DNA from: a virus | Taxonomy: Duplodnaviria; Caudoviricetes | Direction: 5' to 3' (one strand) | IMG/VR virus record: IMGVR_UViG_3300026549_000069 | Span: 1 to 64,000 of that record | Length of the DNA: 64,000 nucleotides | Shown here: positions 57,522-64,000 of the stretch, piece after piece | Layout: each line of letters opens with the position of its first letter | Numbering within the stretch: position 1 is the first letter of the stretch | Translations under genes and position numbers: made by a program | Notes under the pieces: generated by a model | What the model was told of the DNA's origin: nothing | Databases searched by the model: none | What the model saw: the letters and a program-made list of their open reading frames with translations, nothing else

Positions 57522-60500
57522 ATGAGAGAATCAGGCTATTATCCGCCAGGGGCTGAATTTGACCCGAACGCTCCATATAATCAGGTGGAGCCGGAGGAAA
57601 GAGAGTACAACATTGAGGCGGTGTTTGAACTTCGCAGAACCGATGAGCTGTGGTCGAATGACTACGACGAGTTCGACAACATGAACAACCCGCAGCGGGA
57701 GTGGACGAGCATCCACATGACCCCGCTGGAGCTGATTGCCGAGTGCAAGCAGCTGGCGAGGACGATGCTCGACAGCATCAAGGACACGGCCACACCGATG
57801 GGTGCGAGAGCAAAGCAGCACTTGTTGCATATTATCGCCGAGTGCGATGGCTGGGAGAATACGTTTAACGAATTTAACCAAGAGTAGTATGAATTGTGTG
57901 AATTTATCATGGACACTGGCTCGGCAGTATGAGCCTGCACCCGCCAGCGAGGACTTGAGCGCGCCGCTTGTGCGCTTGGCTTATGCGACAGGATTTGAGC
58001 GAATGGCAGATATTGCCGAGCAGCAGCTGCGTGCCACGCTTGAGGCGCACGGATGCAAGATGGACGAGGCGTGGGACATCATGCATCAGTGGGGCAAGCG
58101 CATTGAAGCACTGACCGGCGACGAGCACAAGCGTGTGGGTTGTAACGACCCGCGAGGCTACGACAAGGAAGGAGATATACGATAGCAACAAAGCCGCCGA
58201 GGCGCAAGTCAATTCTTGTCCGTAAGGTGGTGTAATGAAGCACGCGGCGGCTATTTAAAAAAACTACAAACTATGACACAAGAACAAATATCACAGACAA
58301 AGGTGTGGCGAATCAATGAATCTACACTTGTAGTTGCTGGAACTATACCTATAGCAATAGAAATATATGAAACCCGTTACCCGTTTGAAAGAGTTGAAAA
58401 AGTTGAGCTCGTTAAAGGTAAATGGGATAGCGAATACGCATTAATATTAGAAAATCACAATGAACTATGACACAAGAAGAAAAAGACTATTGCGAGACTT
58501 GCTTCATATATGATGTCTGCGGTTACGCTAATCGAGGGCTTCAGCGTAAATGCAAGAGAATGAAAACATTTGCTGATGGTTTTGATGCCGCTGTCGGCAA
58601 AGCAAAAGAATGGCTTTGCGAACTCACACCAGAACAATTGTCAGATGTTGATTTTGACGATTTTGAAAAAGCAATGTACAAATGACTCGAGAAGAAGCAA
58701 AGGAAATTGCACCAAAGATGTGCAAAGACAGTATAGAAAAATACGGTGAAGATGCTATCTATGTTCAGTCTCCGTGTTACGGAAAATGCTCATGGACATA
58801 TAAAGAAGCACTTGAGTCGATACTAAACGATACTGTCCTAGAGAATACCAATGAGAATATCATAGATTCTGTTCTTGAGTATTACGAATATCTTAACAAA
58901 ATGTAGTATGACACAAGAAGATAAACAACTGCTTTTGGCTGACCTTTGTGCAAGGTTGCCATATGACGTGAAAGTTAAATATGATAATGGAATATATAAC
59001 ATTGATTATATTTCCGCATTATATGAAGAAATTGAACTAGATACTCCTGACAATTATACTATCGGAATATCTGAAATTAAACCATACCTCCGTCCGATGT
59101 CTTCAATAACTGAGGAAGAAAGACTTGAACTATCAACTGCTCTCATTTATGCAAATATGATAGACAACACTCGTGTACAAATTGATTGGTTAAATGCTCA
59201 TCACTTTGACTACCGAGGACTAATCCAGAAAGACCTAGCAATATCTACGGAAGAGTTTAATCCATATAAAGACTGAAAACATGAGAGGGACAGAATATAA
59301 ACATGTTTATGCCCTGCGAAACAAAGACACTGGGAACTACTTGCTGACCTACTGGGCAAGCAGTCAAAAGCATAAGGCACTGTTCTCTTCTCGCAAGAAA
59401 GCAGAGGAGGCAGTTAAAGGAATAGACGCAAACATTGAAATTGTTGAATTATGAAAGCATACACTGACCTAGAGCAAAGTCGAAAGTTGGCAGAGATACT
59501 GCCACTCAAAACCGCTGATATGTGTTATAGAATTGTAGCATATAATCCTAATGATACGCAAGAATATCAAGCATATTGTTTTGTCGGAACATTAGAGAGC
59601 GATATTCCTTGCTGGTCGCTTGATTCGTTGCTTAACTATTTTCGTGAGATTGATTTCTTCCCCGAGATAGATGCAGACGAGTGTTCAGTGACAATGAATA
59701 TCAATTACTATGACGAGGAAGAGGCGAGGTTATTAGCCCCTATACATAACATCAAGGTTAAAGCAGAGAGTTTTATTGATGCTTGCTATGAAATGATTAT
59801 CAAACTGCACGAACAAAAAGTTTTGTGATTATGAAAATAACAGCAGGTAAAATATTTGAATGTTTTGTATTCCTCCCATCATTAAATTTAAGTTGGGTAA
59901 GAGTTTCCAAAGGGAATATCTATTTTCTCCAATTTGGGTGGTTATTATGGTATATACAAGTACGACTGAATTATGGACTACGAAGAAAAAGTTATCGCTC
60001 TGTTAAATGGTAAAGAACTATCGCAAGAGCAAAAAGAAAAATTAGAGGAAATCTTCCCCGAACTTGCAGAGAGCGAGGATGAAAAGATGAGGAAATCTAT
60101 CATTTATGCTTTGCAAAATGGAGGATTTTATTCTAGCGATAAAACGGACGAGGCTATTGCTTGGCTTGAAAAGCAAGGCAAACAGAAGACTGACAAAGTT
60201 GAACCGAAGTTTAAGGTCGGTGATTGGATTGTACTCCCCTTGGGGATAATTGCTCATATTGAAAGCATAAATTCAACTGACTATCAAGTCACAACAACTG
60301 ATGGGAAGATTTGCGATTTTAAGATTTCAAAGCAAGATAATTATCGTCTTTGGACTATCGAAGACGCGAAGGACGGTGATGTGCTTGTCGCTTCTGACGG
60401 CTCAATCTTTCTTTTTGCAGGCGTTGATGATTGTGCTTGTAAGTATTATGTTGCACTTACAACCGACAACTATATCGAAATCAATAAAGAAGCAAAAGGT

Positions 60501-62903
60501 GGCTATTGGGAAACATCAAGAGCAGTCTATCCAGCAACCAAAGAACAGCGTGATACTCTCGAGATAGCTATGGCAGACGAAGGTTACGAATGGGACGCTG
60601 ATAAGAAAGAATTGTTGCATAAACAGTCATAAAACTATGAAAATTAGAAAAATCATTGAACAGGTGGAAGAACTAAGTATCGCTTCTTATGTCAAGCCAC
60701 ATCAGATAACAATCGACACAATTGAAGATGTTATCGAAGAATTGCAAACAGACGAACTTTCCTCGTATGAGGCGATTATCGGTTCGTGCGCCTATAAAGT
60801 GAATAACTTAATAGAGGTCATGAATCCAGAATACCATTACGACATCGAAGTTCTAACAGAACTCCAACACATTCTGAACAGTTATCAAAAATAGAAGTGG
60901 TAAGTAAAGAGAGCGAGGACGAGCAGATAAAACGAGAACTTCGCAACGATTTATTGCTTTATGTCCCTACCCCAGAAAGGTATATTTCATGGATTGAAAA
61001 GCAAGGCCACATGCTTGACACCGACAAGGTGATTGAGTGGCTTTACGACCAAGCGTGTCAGGGCTGGATTGAAGATGTTGAGGTTGATAAATTTGTAGAC
61101 AAGTTCAAAAAAGATTTCGGACTATGACAAGAGAAGAAGAATTAAATGAAGCATGGTGCAATTACAGGGGCAAGTGTAGCACCGAGATAATGCAGGCACT
61201 TGCGTTTGCATTACGTTGGTGTGACAAACATCCAAATTGGATAAGCGTTGAGGACGAGCTGCCTGAGGAAAATAAGTGGGCACTTACATACAACGGAACG
61301 TCTATTAACTTACTCATGCTTGCTGGTAACGGAGGCTGGTACGACCATAGTGTTGTCAAACATCTTAACATCACCCACTGGATGCCGACTCCGCAACCAC
61401 CGAAGAAAGGAGGCAAAAAATGAAACGATTATTTTCCAAATTTAAATGCGACAAATTAGATTGGCATATACCAGAAAGTAAAGTTACTTGGTTAGGTTAT
61501 GACAATTTTGCAACAAAGTGCAAGTATTGTGGAAGACGTATTCTTTGGAGTAGTGGGGGATGGTTTTCTTGTAGTTCAAAGAAAGTAGATAAGCAATGAC
61601 ACGACGCAACAATGACATAGCAGCGTGCGGCCACGCAACATGCCCAATCCGTCACACCTGCCTGCGCTGGCAGCTGGGGCAACAGATGTCCGACTATCAA
61701 TGGTGGGCGAACTTTAAACCCACAAACGGTGGATGTAAGTTTTACATGCACAACAAACCAAATAACGACAACGATAATGAGCGAGAAGATTGAGCCAACC
61801 TACCAAGTCACGATGACCAAGCGACAAGTTCAACTACTGTCTTATGCGTGCGACCAATTCAGCCGATTGATATGCGGCCAAGATTGGTCATTCCGAGAAC
61901 TGCTGGAGGCTGCATGGGAGAAACGATGCAAGGAGGCAACAGGCAAGATGATAGACAAGGAATGGGATGGCGGCTGGCGCAATATGCGTGCCGAGGCAGA
62001 ATGCTTGTGTGAGTACATTAAGCGCAGGTTTTGGGGGCTGGAAAGTAGTGCGCAATACGGCATCTACTACGATGCGACAGCCGACATATTGTGGGATATA
62101 CACCAAGTACTTCGACATCAGTTGTGGCTGGATAGACCAGATGATGACAAATCAACCATAACGGTTGATGCGGGCAAGGCAATGCGTGTGGGTAATGAGC
62201 CATTAATTGAAATTAAAAAAATAAACAATGAAAGATAAAAGAGTTTTTCAATTTAAAGCTGTCATTGAGGGTGCGTTAATTGCGGACGAAAAAAAACGGC
62301 TTGAAAGGATTCGTGAAACATTAATTAATTGTGGGCTTGACAAAGAGGCATATAATGTACAACGAGATATAAACAAGTGCGTGGATGAACAAAAGAAAGC
62401 AATGGAGAAAGCGAAAAAGCAAAGGCTTAAATTGGTTCGTGAAATGTTGCTTTGTTTTGCAGCCGCAGATATTGCAACAGAATGCGCAGACAATGTAGCT
62501 TATGCATTTGATGATGTTGCTTATGGCAAAGAGAAAAGCGACGGTAATTCGTTTGCAGAATTATTCAGACTGCAAGCAAAGGATTTGAATAAGTGCGTAC
62601 AGCTTGTTGATGGACAATGTGGCGATGATAGAGTTTCGTACTTATATGCTGATATGGCAGAGGAAATAAACAATAAGGTTATCCCTATAATGTACGAAAT
62701 TATTGACAAATATATGGATAGTGAAAAAGGAAAGAAAATCTTATAAGGGTTCTAATCAAAAAAAAGGCATTGAAAGGTCTTGCTCAAATTGCAGCAAATA
62801 TCCCTGTTTTACGGGTATAGAAAATTTGGAAAGCGATTTTGGCAAAGAGGGATGTAGGAACTATTTTGTAAAAGATAACAACAATGGACATAAATCGTGT
62901 TGA
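57522..62903 (+). CDS. Cluster of accessory hypothetical ORFs (including DUF551-like 61124..61423)
   Basis: Co-oriented abutting ORFs; NWISVEDELPE...ITHWMPTP for the DUF551-like protein. Confidence 0.6.
58192..58252 (+). ncRNA. Circularly permuted tRNA-like element
   Basis: Intergenic; order is outer stem, T-like arm, GNRA-capped mini acceptor, D-like arm. Arms closely match tRNA-Gln at 56776. Confidence 0.5.
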
Positions 62904-63276
62904 ATTAAAAGGCCGTGTGGCGACAGATGTTACCGTAAGAAAGACAGCTACTGGCGGAGAATGGCTAGCATTCGCAGTGGCCACAAACGAATACAACCCA
63001 GCAGCAGCAGTCGAAAAAGATAAGTCTGTTGCAACATTTATACAAGTGGCGGTATTCAATCCGAATATAGTAGAAAGGATTAGAAAAATCGGGATAAGAA
63101 TTGGAACACATGTGTGGTTGCTTGGTAAGATTATTGTGCGAGCGGTAGAAAACCACGGCAGGTCAATTGTGTACACAAGTGTTGCTGTTAGCGAAATAGA
63201 AGTACTACAAAGGAAAAAATCAAATTCCGATTTGCAAGCACCAAACGAACAAAATAATAATGATAATGATTTTTAG
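62884..63276 (+). CDS. ssb: Single-stranded DNA-binding protein
   Basis: INRVELKGRVATD...FAVATNE...VWLLGKI, acidic tail ending DNDF. Confidence 0.85.
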   Translation: MDINRVELKGRVATDVTVRKTATGGEWLAFAVATNEYNPAAAVEKDKSVATFIQVAVFNPNIVERIRKIGIRIGTHVWLLGKIIVRAVENHGRSIVYTSVAVSEIEVLQRKKSNSDLQAPNEQNNNDNDF

Positions 63277-63278
63277 TT

Positions 63279-64000
63279 ATGTACGAACACAAGAATGAAA
63301 TCCTATCCAGCAGGGTAGGTTGCTTGGGAGCAAGTGATGGGAATATTATTGCCTATGCAGCGACAAATAATGAAGTTCAAAAAAGCGCATTAAAGCGTTT
63401 GGCTGTAGTAAAAGGTCTGATTGAGCCGCAAGACGGGTTAACAACAGCTGCTATGCGATTGGGTGATGACATTGAAATGCTAATCTTTGAAAACCTGAAA
63501 TTGTCCGATGAAAGATGGCAATCAAACTATCGTTTTGACAGTGTAAGATATAGCAGAAAGAATGTCAAGCTAATTGCCCACATCGACTTTTTCTTAAAAG
63601 ATGATGAGAACCAAGTATTGCGATTGATTGAATGCAAAGCAACAAAGAATGGCATTAATGCTGCAAGATATGAATATGCCAATCAATTGTACATCGAATA
63701 TTCACTGGCAAAAGAATATGCAGCAACACTCGGCAAGAAATGGAAAGTGGAATTAATGCTATGCCACTATGACACAAATGGCTATGTTGATTTTGACCCA
63801 AGTAAAATCGTAACGAAAAAAGTAGCTTTCAAGACAAAGCCGTTTGACATTGATTTTGGCATGGATGTTATTGACAAGAAATTGGAGTCGCTTAATGAAT
63901 TTTATGAAGATGGCGACATTGACGCAGATGCATTGCCTATTGCGGTCAAAAAGGATTTTGACTTGATGACAAATGTCATTCGTGAAATAGAAACACGACA
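63279..64000 (+). CDS. YqaJ/lambda-exonuclease-like recombinase (runs off the right edge)
   Basis: Manual translation: RVGCLGASDG...MRLGDDIE...AHIDF...LIECKAT...QLYIEY. Confidence 0.8.
   Translation, partial: MYEHKNEILSSRVGCLGASDGNIIAYAATNNEVQKSALKRLAVVKGLIEPQDGLTTAAMRLGDDIEMLIFENLKLSDERWQSNYRFDSVRYSRKNVKLIAHIDFFLKDDENQVLRLIECKATKNGINAARYEYANQLYIEYSLAKEYAATLGKKWKVELMLCHYDTNGYVDFDPSKIVTKKVAFKTKPFDIDFGMDVIDKKLESLNEFYEDGDIDADALPIAVKKDFDLMTNVIREIETR

Noticed and set aside
1-64000. Stop-codon reassignment (code 15 or 4)
   Set aside because: Long genes are intact in code 11, TAG and TGA serve as real stops, and the only tRNA is Gln(UUG), not a suppressor.

Overview
A 64-kb segment of a tailed dsDNA phage (siphovirus-like: tape measure protein plus a frameshifted tail chaperone). 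The host is inferred to be Bacteroidota from several near-consensus TTTG-N19/20-TAnnTTTG promoters, A-rich SD-less start regions, a DUF3127-type SSB and a u-spanin-like lipoprotein. Layout: 1-8.3 kb head/neck/tail genes (-); 8.4-24.8 kb terminase, portal, two very large tail/adhesin proteins and lysis genes (+); 25-28 kb a six-gene module of unknown function (+); 28-42.6 kb replication and DNA-modification genes (-), including RuvC-like resolvase, sliding clamp, primase-helicase, split C5 methyltransferase and PAPS-reductase-like protein; 42.6-44.3 kb divergent non-coding region with an AT-rich tract and a promoter-driven, highly structured ~700-nt leader; 44.3-64 kb early/accessory genes (+), including MoxR-type AAA+/vWA pair, small serine recombinase, HNH, tRNA-Gln, ThyX-like, SSB and YqaJ. 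The genetic code is standard; no CRISPR array, RT or integrase was seen. Most notable: (i) five leaders sharing one architecture, in which a 7-8 nt upstream segment is complementary to the loop of a long hairpin just before the start codon; (ii) a cytosine methyltransferase split into a chain of modules, each joined by the same +1-frame xAT-G overlap; (iii) a circularly permuted tRNA-like element resembling the phage's own tRNA-Gln; (iv) the large candidate ncRNA. All pairings were read by eye and all protein families assigned by motif recognition; no searches were run.
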